Source: Candidatus Woesearchaeota archaeon
GTDB lineage: Archaea; Nanobdellota; Nanobdellia; SCGC-AAA011-G17; JACPIM01
Length of the DNA: 64,000 nt
Assembly (NCBI GenBank): GCA_964513145.1
Contig: CAZELK010000003.1
Location: 1 to 64,000 of the forward strand
Reading direction: 5' to 3'
This document shows, piece by piece, positions 1-9,384 of the stretch (positions are counted from its first letter, which is position 1; each line of letters begins with the position of its first letter). Position numbers and translations under genes: made by a program. The notes under the pieces were generated by a model, which had not been told where the DNA came from, searched no databases, and saw only the letters and a list, made by a program, of their open reading frames with translations.

Positions 1-98
1 AGACAGAAAGCTAAATTATCTTATTATAATTATCAGAGGATTGCACCAGAGCCGAGAATAATAATCTTTAAATATAATTTTACATTTTCATAAGTTTA

Positions 99-1307
99 AT
101 GGTTGAAAAAGGGCTAAATGATTTTTTTGAAGGATATTTGAAAAAAAATTTTCTTTTTAAAGACAGAAAAATTTTACAAGCGAACTATATGCCCGAGAAC
201 ATTAGTTATAGAGAAAATGAAATAAAACAGATTGCCGGTATTTTAGCGCCAGCGTTAAAGCTAGAAAAACCCTCAAATATTTTTGTATATGGGAAAACAG
301 GAACAGGCAAAACTTTATCAATAAAATATATTATTAAAAATATTTTAGAGGTTTCCAAAAAGAAGAATGTAAATTTAAGAATTTTTTATTTAAACTGTAA
401 ATTAAAAAGAGTTGCGGATACAGAATACAGATTAATTGCACAGCTGACAAGGGAATTTGGCGGCGAAGTACCTGCTACGGGTTTGCCGACTGATGAAGTT
501 TACAAATCTTTTTTGAAATATATAGAAGAAAAAAAAATATTATTAATAATAGTCCTTGATGAGATAGATCAATTAGTAAATAAAATTGGCGATGAAATTC
601 TTTATAATTTAACAAGATTAAATTCAGAACTAAATAAAAGTGAAATTTCCTTAGTTGGAGTATCCAATGATTTAGTTTTTGCAGATAATTTAGATCCGAG
701 AGTGAAGAGTAGTCTGAGTGAGGAGGAGGTTGTATTTTCGCCTTATAATGCACTTCAACTTCAAAAAATTTTGAAGGAAAGGGCGCAAGAAGCTTTCAAG
801 GAAAATGTTGTAGATGAGGGGGTAATTGAAAAATGTGCAGCTTATGCTGCAAAGGAGCATGGCGATGCAAGAAGGGCTTTGGAGTTATTAAGGGTAGCTG
901 GTGAATTAGCTGAAAGAGCAAACAAAGACCAAGTGAGTTTGGAATTTGTTGATTTAGCAGAATCCAAAATAGAAAGGGATAAAATTTTAGATGTTGTTAA
1001 TACTCAACCGAAACAGTTTAAACTTACTTTATATTCTATTCTTGAAATCTGCTTGAAAAGCGAGAAGTGCATAGTTACAGGTGATATTTATGAACTTTAT
1101 AAAGAGCTTTGTTTTAAAACCAATGAAAGGCCTTTAACTCAAAGACGAATCAGTGATATAATTGCCGAGTTAGATATGTTGGGGATTATAAATGCAAAAG
1201 TTATCAGCAAAGGAAGATATGGAAGAACAAGAGAAATTTGTCTTGCTATACCTAATTCTGTAGCTTTAAAAATTAACACCATGCTTAAAGAGGGGCTAAG
1301 TTTTTGA
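99..1307 (+). CDS. cdc6: Orc1/Cdc6 replication initiator
   Basis: Walker A GKTGTGKT, Walker B IVLDEID, HGDARRALELLR, C-terminal winged helix (SKGRYGRTR). Confidence 0.96.
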   Translation: MVEKGLNDFFEGYLKKNFLFKDRKILQANYMPENISYRENEIKQIAGILAPALKLEKPSNIFVYGKTGTGKTLSIKYIIKNILEVSKKKNVNLRIFYLNCKLKRVADTEYRLIAQLTREFGGEVPATGLPTDEVYKSFLKYIEEKKILLIIVLDEIDQLVNKIGDEILYNLTRLNSELNKSEISLVGVSNDLVFADNLDPRVKSSLSEEEVVFSPYNALQLQKILKERAQEAFKENVVDEGVIEKCAAYAAKEHGDARRALELLRVAGELAERANKDQVSLEFVDLAESKIERDKILDVVNTQPKQFKLTLYSILEICLKSEKCIVTGDIYELYKELCFKTNERPLTQRRISDIIAELDMLGIINAKVISKGRYGRTREICLAIPNSVALKINTMLKEGLSF

Positions 1308-1308
1308 A

Positions 1309-2883
1309 ATGGATAAAAAAGAGATTATTAGATATTTTTTAAATAAAAATTATTTAGTCAGCCCAGATATTTTTGAATGTAATTTTGAAAATTCTCTAGA
1401 TATTTTTGATAAGAATATTCAAAAGGGAAATTTTCTTGTTCTTAGTAAAGATCTGTTAAATCTTAACTTAAATGAGAATCTTGTGGGGTTTGAAAAGGCA
1501 AAAGTTTTTTTTGAAAAAGGAAGAGATATAAATGCTTATTCTTTTTTTGTAAAAAAAACTGAAAAACAAGAATTAAAACAAGGTGATGAGATTCTTACAA
1601 ATAATCTTCTTATTAAACCAAATATAAAAATTGTTACAAATTTTACGAAAGTAGAAAGAAAAATCCAATTTCAAGATTTTGTTGAATATTTTAAAACAAG
1701 ATATAAATCTTTAAGAGAAATTTTACTCAAAAGACAGGAATTACAAGACACAATATCTATAAGCAAGGTGCTAAATAAAAAAGACAAAGAAAAAGTTGCT
1801 ATTATCGGCATGCTTATGAGCAAGAATATTACAAAAAATGACAATTTTATTTTAGAGTTTGAAGATCTTACTGGGGTTTTAAAGGTTATTGTTGGCAAAA
1901 GAAATAGTGATTTATACAATTTATGCAAAGAAATTATGCTAGACGAGACTTTGGGGGTTTTTGGGGGTTTTAGCAAGGGAGTTTTATTTGCTGAAAGAAT
2001 TATTTTTCCAGATATTCCCTTAACAAAAGAACTTAAAAAAAGTCCAGATGATGTTTATGCTGTTTGCACTTCTGATATACACGTCGGATCAAGGTTATTT
2101 CATAGAAATGCTTTTTTGAATTTTATTGAATGGTTGAACTGTAATTTGGGAGATACAAAACAAATTGAGATTGCTAAAAAAGTTAAATATTTATTTATTA
2201 CAGGAGACTTAGTAGCTGGTGTCGGGGTTTACCCAAATCAAGATAAAGATTTAGATTTAAAAGATATTAATGATCAATATAAAGAATTAGCTAATTTGCT
2301 TGGCAAACTAAGAAAAGATATCATTGTTGTAGTTTGTCCTGGAGATCATGATGCTGTAATGGTTTATGAACCTCAACCAATTTTAGACAAGGAATTTGCA
2401 AAGCAAATGCATGAGCTTGAAAATGTTTTTTTAGTTAATAATCCTGCTTTAGTTAATATTCACTCTTCCCAAACATTCAATGGATTTGATTTTTTATTAT
2501 ATCATGGACATAGTTTTATTTATTATGCGGACAATATTGATTTTATAAGGAATAGTGGGTGGACAGCAAGAGGGGATCTGATTATGAAATATTTACTTCA
2601 AAGGAGACATTTAGCTCCAACACATAGCTCTACTTTATATTTACCTGAAACTGAACGAGATCCTTTAGTTATTGATATTGTCCCAGATTTTTTTGTGTCT
2701 GGACATTTACACCAAGTAAGCAATCTTATGTACAGGAATGTTAATTTGATAGGGTGTGGTTGCTGGGAGGCTTTAACTCCTTACCAGGAAAAAACAGGAA
2801 ATAAAGCTGACCCTGGAAAAGTTATTTTAGTTGACTTAAAATCAAGAGAAATTAAAGTTTTAAATTTTTTAAAAGAATTTTAA
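1309..2883 (+). CDS. polD1: DNA polymerase D small (proofreading) subunit DP1
   Basis: OB fold plus calcineurin-like motifs SDIHVGS, GDLVAGVGVYP, HGHS, RRHLAPTH, SGHLH; starts 1 nt after the cdc6 stop. Confidence 0.95.
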   Translation: MDKKEIIRYFLNKNYLVSPDIFECNFENSLDIFDKNIQKGNFLVLSKDLLNLNLNENLVGFEKAKVFFEKGRDINAYSFFVKKTEKQELKQGDEILTNNLLIKPNIKIVTNFTKVERKIQFQDFVEYFKTRYKSLREILLKRQELQDTISISKVLNKKDKEKVAIIGMLMSKNITKNDNFILEFEDLTGVLKVIVGKRNSDLYNLCKEIMLDETLGVFGGFSKGVLFAERIIFPDIPLTKELKKSPDDVYAVCTSDIHVGSRLFHRNAFLNFIEWLNCNLGDTKQIEIAKKVKYLFITGDLVAGVGVYPNQDKDLDLKDINDQYKELANLLGKLRKDIIVVVCPGDHDAVMVYEPQPILDKEFAKQMHELENVFLVNNPALVNIHSSQTFNGFDFLLYHGHSFIYYADNIDFIRNSGWTARGDLIMKYLLQRRHLAPTHSSTLYLPETERDPLVIDIVPDFFVSGHLHQVSNLMYRNVNLIGCGCWEALTPYQEKTGNKADPGKVILVDLKSREIKVLNFLKEF

Positions 2884-2908
2884 ACTTTCCCAAAAGTTTA
2901 ATCAAAAA
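2882..2908 (+). repeat. Dispersed repeat family B (hairpin AAACTTT-n4-AAAGTTT + AATCAAAAA)
   Basis: aaactttcccaaaagtttaatcaaaaa directly at the DP1 stop; similar copies at 18804, 19621, 46347, 46383, 52857, 57133, 57311. Confidence 0.7.
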
Positions 2909-3068
2909 TGATGAGGACACTAGAAAACTAAAGAAAAATGTTCCAGCAGCATTTAGAGACACAAGATTTATTTATTTCTAGTTATTGCTTTTTTATTAAC
3001 TAAATCTTTAAAAGCCTTAAAATAAAATAATATATTTCTAAAAATTTTTTGTAAAGAGAGAGTGAAAA

Positions 3069-6000
3069 ATGAATGTAATAGCCATGAGCAATGAAATGAA
3101 AAAATATTTTAATGAATTAGATAACCAAGTTAATCTTTCTTATGAATGTGCTAACAAGGCAAAAAAAAGTTCTTTTGATCCTGATACTTTTGTTGATATT
3201 CCCTTAGCCCAGAATATGATGGAAAGAATAGTCGGATTAATTTCTATTATTGCACCACAGATAACTGATAAAGGTGTTGAACAAAGAATTCAGGATCTTG
3301 AGAAACAATATGGAAGACTAGACTGGAGAGTGGCTTTAACTGTTTCTTTAGAAATTGCACAAGAAAAATTCTGCAAATTTAAAGATAAAAGAGAAGCAAT
3401 GGAAATTGGAATAAGAACTGGTTTAGCTTATGTTACTCTTGGTGTTGTTGTTTCACCTTTAGAAGGATTTTCCAGATTAGAACTAAAAAAAAGAAAAGAT
3501 GGAAAAGAATATTTTGCCTTATTTTATGCTGGGCCAATTAGAAGTGCTGGCGGGACTGCGGCTTCTGTTTCTGTTATTGTGGCTGATTATATAAGATTAA
3601 AAATGGGCTATGATGTTTATGACGCAACTAAAGAAGAAATTTCCAGAAGTGTTTCTGAAGTAAAAGATTATCATGAAAGAATAACTAATTTACAATATTT
3701 GCCAAGTGATGAGGAAATAATTTATTTAGCAAGCAAAATCCCTGTACAGATTACTGGAGATGCTTCTGAGAAATTTGAAGTTAGCAATTATAAAGATTTG
3801 AATAGAATAGAAACTAATTTTTTGAGAAATGGTTTTTGTTTAGTATTTGCGGAATGTTTTGCACAGAAAGCAAAAAAAATAAATGCACAATTGTTGAAAT
3901 GGGGAAAAGATTTTTTTTCTGATGAATGGAATTTTTTAGATGAGTTTTTGAAAATACAATCTAAAAATAAAGCACAGGAAAAAACTGATGTTAATGTTTT
4001 ATTGAAACCTGATTTTACTTTTATAAAAGATTTGGTTGCAGGAAGGCCTGTATTTACGCATCCTCTTGCAAAGGGTGGATTCAGATTAAGATACGGGAGG
4101 GGAAGAAATACTGGATTAAGTGGGCAAGCTATTCACCCTTCAACTATGTATATTTTAAATCAATTTATTGCTATAGGCACGCAACTTAAAGTTGAAAGAC
4201 CTGGAAAAGCAACAGTTGTGGGATCGTGTGATAGTATTGAAGGGCCTATTGTCAAACTTAAATCTGGGGATGTTTTAATTTTAAATGATTTAGATTTGGC
4301 TAAAAAAGTTTCTAAAGATATAGAAGAAATTTTATTTATTGGGGATATTCTAATTAATTATGGGGATTTTTTAAATAGGGCACATAAATTAGTTCCAGTT
4401 GGATTTAATGATGAATGGTGGAGACTCGAAAGTAAAATTGACAAAAAGGAAGTTACAATAGAAGAAGTTAAAAAATATTGTCTAGAATCTAAATTACCTT
4501 TACACCCCAAATATTTATTCAGATGGACTGAAATTACCAAAGAACAATTTCTTATTTTTATTAACTGGCTGAAGCATGGAGTTCTGACTGATGACAAAAT
4601 TATTTTACCCATATCTTTAGTTTCTTTAGAAGATGGAATTGAAAAAAATCCAAAAAGAGTTTTAGAATTACTTGGCGTTCCACATAGATGTGTTTTGAAT
4701 GAGCATATTGTAATTGAAAAAGAATGGAAAGATGCCTTGCTACTTAATTTAGGGTGTAATTTTGAATTTAATGAAAAAGACTTTTTAAATGAAAATAGTG
4801 AGAAAACTATTTTAGAAGTCTTGAATGAGAAATGCGGATATAAAATCAGAGATAAATCTGGAACTACTATTGGTTGTAGAATGGGAAGACCTGAGAAATC
4901 TAAAATGAGAAAATTAACCGGAAGCCCACAAATATTGTTTCCTGTTGGAAATGAAGGCGGAAGAATGAGAAGTTTACAGGCTGCTTTAAATGCTGGAAAA
5001 ATAAAATCTCAATTTGCAATTCTTTTTTGTGAGAAATGCAATAAAGAAACTATTTATTTTACATGTGAAAAATGTGGAAACAAAACTATTCAAAAACATT
5101 ATTGTAATTTTTGTAAGAAAGAAACTGATAATGACGAATGTTGCGGAAGAAAGACTGTAAGATATAAAAGCTTTGAATTAGATATTCACACTTATTTTAA
5201 TGATGCTTTGAAAAGATTGGATTTACATAGTTATACAGAATTAATTAAAGGAGTTAAGGGAACCAGCAGTGAAGATCATATTGTTGAACACTTATCCAAA
5301 GGAATTTTACGCGCTAAATACGGACTTTATGTAAATAAAGACGGAACTATAAGGTATGACATGACAGAAATGCCAATCTCGCACATAAAATCGAAGGAAG
5401 TTGGGGTAAGTATTGAAAGACTTAAAAAATTAGGATATGATAAAGATGTTTATGGTCATGAATTAATTAATGATGACCAAATTTTAGAATTAAAATGTCA
5501 AGATATTGTTGTACCTTGTTCTCCAGATACTTTAGATGAAAAATGTGATGATGTTATGTTTAAAATTACTAAATTTATTGATGAATTATTAATTAAGCTT
5601 TATAAAACTGAATCATTTTATAATTTGAAAAATAAAGATGATTTAATTGGACAATTAGTTGTCGGAATGAGTCCACATACTTCTGCCGGAATAGTTTGCA
5701 GAATTATAGGATTTTCTAAAACACAGGGGTTGCTTGCACACCCCTATTTACATTCGCTTATGAGAAGGGATGCAGACGGAGACGAAGCATGTATTATGTT
5801 ATTAATGGATGTTTTATTGAATTTTTCTAAAAAATACTTACCAAAAACTAAAGGGGCTACTCAAGATGAACCTTTATTATTGAGTACTAAATTATTACCT
5901 ACAGAAGTTGATGATATGGTATTTGATATGGATGTGGCTTTTAATTATCCTTTAGAATTGTACGAAGCTGCTTTACAATATAAAAATCCCAGTGAAGTTA

Positions 6001-6521
6001 AAGTACCCAAAGTTAAAGATTTCTTAGACACAGAAAAGCAATACGAGGGATTTGGTTTTACTCATGATACGAGCGATATAAATAAAGGGGTATTATGCAG
6101 TGCATATAAATCAATTCCATCAATGATGGAAAAGGTTAAAGGACAGCTTGATATTGCCAGAAAAGTCAGGGCTGTTGACGAGAGTGATGTTGCTAGATTA
6201 GTTATTGAAAAGCATTTTATAAGAGACATAAAGGGCAATTTGAGAAAATTTTCTACGCAACAGTTTAGGTGCGTTGAGTGCAATGAAAAATTTAGAAGAC
6301 CGCCTTTACAAGGAAATTGTTTAAAATGCGGGGGTAAATTGTTATTTACTGTAGCAGAGGGTTTTGTTTTAAAATATTTAGAAATTTCTTTAAATATTGC
6401 TGAAAAATATCATTTACCAGATTATTTGAAACAGAATTTATATATTACTAAAAAAAGAATTGAGGCTTTATTTGGCAAAGAAAAAGACAAACAAAAAGAG
6501 TTGATTAAATGGTTTAATTAA
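3069..6521 (+). CDS. polD2: DNA polymerase D large subunit DP2, no intein
   Basis: YAGPIRSAGGT, GGFRLRYGR, RMGRPEKSK, KDGTIRYD, catalytic RRDADGDEA, C-terminal Zn finger CVECNEKFRRPPL. Confidence 0.97.
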   Translation: MNVIAMSNEMKKYFNELDNQVNLSYECANKAKKSSFDPDTFVDIPLAQNMMERIVGLISIIAPQITDKGVEQRIQDLEKQYGRLDWRVALTVSLEIAQEKFCKFKDKREAMEIGIRTGLAYVTLGVVVSPLEGFSRLELKKRKDGKEYFALFYAGPIRSAGGTAASVSVIVADYIRLKMGYDVYDATKEEISRSVSEVKDYHERITNLQYLPSDEEIIYLASKIPVQITGDASEKFEVSNYKDLNRIETNFLRNGFCLVFAECFAQKAKKINAQLLKWGKDFFSDEWNFLDEFLKIQSKNKAQEKTDVNVLLKPDFTFIKDLVAGRPVFTHPLAKGGFRLRYGRGRNTGLSGQAIHPSTMYILNQFIAIGTQLKVERPGKATVVGSCDSIEGPIVKLKSGDVLILNDLDLAKKVSKDIEEILFIGDILINYGDFLNRAHKLVPVGFNDEWWRLESKIDKKEVTIEEVKKYCLESKLPLHPKYLFRWTEITKEQFLIFINWLKHGVLTDDKIILPISLVSLEDGIEKNPKRVLELLGVPHRCVLNEHIVIEKEWKDALLLNLGCNFEFNEKDFLNENSEKTILEVLNEKCGYKIRDKSGTTIGCRMGRPEKSKMRKLTGSPQILFPVGNEGGRMRSLQAALNAGKIKSQFAILFCEKCNKETIYFTCEKCGNKTIQKHYCNFCKKETDNDECCGRKTVRYKSFELDIHTYFNDALKRLDLHSYTELIKGVKGTSSEDHIVEHLSKGILRAKYGLYVNKDGTIRYDMTEMPISHIKSKEVGVSIERLKKLGYDKDVYGHELINDDQILELKCQDIVVPCSPDTLDEKCDDVMFKITKFIDELLIKLYKTESFYNLKNKDDLIGQLVVGMSPHTSAGIVCRIIGFSKTQGLLAHPYLHSLMRRDADGDEACIMLLMDVLLNFSKKYLPKTKGATQDEPLLLSTKLLPTEVDDMVFDMDVAFNYPLELYEAALQYKNPSEVKVPKVKDFLDTEKQYEGFGFTHDTSDINKGVLCSAYKSIPSMMEKVKGQLDIARKVRAVDESDVARLVIEKHFIRDIKGNLRKFSTQQFRCVECNEKFRRPPLQGNCLKCGGKLLFTVAEGFVLKYLEISLNIAEKYHLPDYLKQNLYITKKRIEALFGKEKDKQKELIKWFN

Positions 6522-6570
6522 TAAGAACCAAGGTTCTTATCATCTCCTTTGAAAAAAGCGTTTACTGAAA
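6521..6570 (+). repeat. Dispersed palindromic repeat family A, copy 1
   Basis: ATAAGAACC-AA-GGTTCTTAT (perfect 9-bp inverted repeat) + catctcctttgaaaaaagcgtttactgaaa. Confidence 0.8.
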
Positions 6571-6588
6571 AAGAAATTTTTAAATAAA

Positions 6589-7779
6589 TTATAATATAAA
6601 ATATAAAATTACTGGTATTGTCAAACAACCCATTAAATGATTTTTATTTACTTCTTTTAATTGTGCGTATATTCCCAAAGATGTTGATGCAATTAATATT
6701 ATAAAACCAATTGGCTTTGAGATTACTATGACTAAAATTGTGACAAAAACAATTATTATCAAACAGAGTTTTTTGTAATTTATTTTTGTAATCAGTTTTA
6801 GGAATATATTAGAGAAGAAAATTGTCAACAAAGTAGATGTAAATGTTGCAATGAGTATTACAGAGGTTATTAATATTAATTTATCCAATGTTAATTGTAT
6901 AAGTTTTGAAATTACTATAGCTATACCATTTCTTGCTTTGTTTATTGTATATAATGTTATAAAACTACAAATTAAATTTATTGTGTTGATTGAACTGTTT
7001 AAAATTAAGTAGTCTTTACTTTCGATCTTTCTTATGAATGAAGATGTCAGAACAGATACTTGCGAAGAACCCAAGCCAGGCAAAAATGCTGAGATTATTC
7101 CTGATGTTAATCCAATAAAAATAAATTTTAATTTTTTAATTTCAAATCCTGTTTTTATATTATTTTGAACTGGAATTATTGTATTATTTTTTATACTTAA
7201 TAATAATGAACTTAATCCAAATAACCCTGATAATAATGGCAGCAATGGTTCTTTTATATTTGGAATGTTCAAAACAATTATTCCAAGAACGCCAGACAGC
7301 AAGAAGACTATCAATGTAGATAATCTCTGTTTTTCTTTTATTATGAGCAATAAAATTGATATGATTAATATTATATGGATATGATCCTTTATTATCAATT
7401 GTAACTTTGACAATAACTTAATTAAAAAAGGAATTAATGATACAAAAAACAAAATTGAAAAAATTAATCCAACTAATGTCAGATATATTGCTTCTTGTGC
7501 TTTTCCTTCTAATAATAACTTGTGTGCTGGCAAAATAATTACAGAAGAATCTGGTGACGGAACTCCGAGAAAGATTGATGGGATAGTATCTAAAAATAGA
7601 TGTGTAATAGCCATTACTACTATTATTACAAGTATTGAAATATCTGATGTATATTTGAGCAAATTTTGTGAAATTAATAAAATGACTGCTGCAACTAAAT
7701 TCATGTGTATGCCTGGTGTTAAGCCTGTTATAGTTCCCAATAGACAGCCAATTAAAATTGAAATTATTATTTCTATCAT
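6589..7779 (-). CDS. TctA-family (tripartite tricarboxylate transporter permease-like) membrane protein
   Basis: GTITGLTPGIHMN, DTIPSIFLGVP, LPAHKLLLEG, AFLPGLGSSQ; highly hydrophobic. Confidence 0.85.
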   Translation of the reverse strand: MIEIIISILIGCLLGTITGLTPGIHMNLVAAVILLISQNLLKYTSDISILVIIVVMAITHLFLDTIPSIFLGVPSPDSSVIILPAHKLLLEGKAQEAIYLTLVGLIFSILFFVSLIPFLIKLLSKLQLIIKDHIHIILIISILLLIIKEKQRLSTLIVFLLSGVLGIIVLNIPNIKEPLLPLLSGLFGLSSLLLSIKNNTIIPVQNNIKTGFEIKKLKFIFIGLTSGIISAFLPGLGSSQVSVLTSSFIRKIESKDYLILNSSINTINLICSFITLYTINKARNGIAIVISKLIQLTLDKLILITSVILIATFTSTLLTIFFSNIFLKLITKINYKKLCLIIIVFVTILVIVISKPIGFIILIASTSLGIYAQLKEVNKNHLMGCLTIPVILYFIL

Positions 7780-7820
7780 AACCTAGAAATTGCTTTTTGA
7801 TTAAAATAATCTTTTAGAAA

Positions 7821-7840
7821 ATTTCCGAAAAGTTTCCGAC
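7821..7840 (+). repeat. Repeat family C: TTCCG units at 11-nt spacing
   Basis: TTCCG at 7823 and 7834; same spacing at 8254/8265; related phased arrays at 35637-35672 and 39670-39704. Confidence 0.45.
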
Positions 7841-7853
7841 TTTTTATTGTAAT

Positions 7854-8207
7854 TTACGAAATTATTTTAATTTCTTCTGCTTCAATTTCAAACTCTTTCT
7901 CATATATCTTTAATTTTCCAGTTACTTCTATCATTTGATTTTTCTTTAATCCAACTATTTTATCTTTTTTATATATTATTACTTTTAGCTTGTTTTTATT
8001 TTCGCTTAATGTTAGAAGCAAGGAATTTTTTAGTTCTTTTATGTCTTCTATTTTGCCATTTATTTTAATTTCTTTATCTATAAGCTCTTCAGAGATTTCA
8101 TTTAGATTATATTCTTTAATTTTTATTTTATCTGAAATAAAGAACAAGATTATTATACCAATTATTGCCATGAATAAAGAGATATTAATTAATGTGGATT
8201 CTGCCAT
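7854..8207 (-). CDS. Membrane-anchored OB-fold protein
   Basis: N-terminal TM helix, then IKINGKIEDI...IEVTGKLKIYEKEFEIEAEEI OB-fold pattern. Confidence 0.75.
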   Translation of the reverse strand: MAESTLINISLFMAIIGIIILFFISDKIKIKEYNLNEISEELIDKEIKINGKIEDIKELKNSLLLTLSENKNKLKVIIYKKDKIVGLKKNQMIEVTGKLKIYEKEFEIEAEEIKIIS

Positions 8208-8272
8208 TGTTTTTTGAAAATGACTTTAGCCTTAATAAGGCTTTTCAGAGATTTTCCGCAAAACTTCCGAGA

Positions 8273-8285
8273 GAAAGTTTTATAA
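8273..8285 (+). promoter_or_regulatory. Probable BRE/TATA promoter of tyrS
   Basis: GAAAGTTTTATAA about 25 nt upstream of ATG 8309. Confidence 0.5.
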
Positions 8286-8308
8286 TTATTTGAACTTCTG
8301 GTTAATGT

Positions 8309-9382
8309 ATGGATACTGAAACTAGGATAGAACTGATGAAAGATTTTTCGGAAGAGATTTTAACTGAGGATGAACTCAAGAACCTTTTTGAAACTAATGA
8401 TAAACCTTTAGCTTATGATGGTTTTGAGCCATCGGGAATTGCGCCGATACATTTTGGACTTTTAAGAGCAACGAATTTAAAAAATATGCTGAAAGCGGGA
8501 GTTAAATTTCATTTATTCTTAGCAGATTATTTTGGTTTTATTAACAATAAACTAGGTGGGAATTTAGAAAATATCCAAACCGCTGGAAAATATTTTGTTG
8601 AGGTATGGAAAGCATGCGGCATTGATACTAATAAAGTTAAGATAGTCTGGGCTAGTGAAATTATGGATGGACTAAAATATTGGGATAGGGTTCTTAAAGT
8701 AGCAAAAGAAATTTCTCTTGAAAGAGCTTTAAGAGCTACAACTATAATGGGTAGAAAGCAAGGTGAAAAATTAAGTATGGGACAACTATTTTATCCACCG
8801 ATGCAGGTTACAGATATTTTTCATTTAAACCTCGACATGTGTCAAATGGGTATGGATCAGAGAAGAGCCCAAATTTTAGCTAGAGAAGTTGCTGACAAGT
8901 TAAAATGGAAAAAACCAGTTGCAATTCATCATCACATTCTATTGGGTTTACAAGGATTACAAAAAAGAGAAACTGAAGAAGAAACTTTGATGGCTTCTAA
9001 AATGTCTAAGTCAGATCCTAAAAGTGCAATTTATATGCATGAAAGTTTTGAGGGATTAAAAAATAAAGTTAATACTGCTTTTTGCCCCCCAAAGATTGAA
9101 GAAGGCAACCCCTTGTTAGAGTATTGTAAATATATTATTTTTAAGAACTTTAAAGAGATGAAAGTAGAAAGACCTGCTAAATTTGGCGGCAATGTTGCAT
9201 TCGGAAGTTACGATGAATTAAGAAAAGATTATGTTGGTGGAAGTTTACACCCATCTGATTTCAAAAACAGCATCGCTATTTACTTAGAAAAAATGATTAA
9301 ACCAGTAAGAGAACATTTTGAAAAAAATAAAAAAGCTAGAGAATTATATCAATTAGTTAAAGGTTTTCAGATTACTAGATAA
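8309..9382 (+). CDS. tyrS: Tyrosyl-tRNA synthetase (archaeal type)
   Basis: AYDGFEPSG, YPPMQVTDI, GMDQRRA, KMSKS, LHPSDFK. Confidence 0.93.
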   Translation: MDTETRIELMKDFSEEILTEDELKNLFETNDKPLAYDGFEPSGIAPIHFGLLRATNLKNMLKAGVKFHLFLADYFGFINNKLGGNLENIQTAGKYFVEVWKACGIDTNKVKIVWASEIMDGLKYWDRVLKVAKEISLERALRATTIMGRKQGEKLSMGQLFYPPMQVTDIFHLNLDMCQMGMDQRRAQILAREVADKLKWKKPVAIHHHILLGLQGLQKRETEEETLMASKMSKSDPKSAIYMHESFEGLKNKVNTAFCPPKIEEGNPLLEYCKYIIFKNFKEMKVERPAKFGGNVAFGSYDELRKDYVGGSLHPSDFKNSIAIYLEKMIKPVREHFEKNKKARELYQLVKGFQITR

Positions 9383-9384
9383 AT

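Noticed and set aside
1-98. Possible ORB element (CACCAGAGCCGAG) upstream of cdc6
   Set aside because: Poor match to the TCCAxTGGAAA core, no G-string, single copy
3069-6521. Intein in DP2
   Set aside because: 1150 aa is intein-free length; no C/S...HN splice motifs seen
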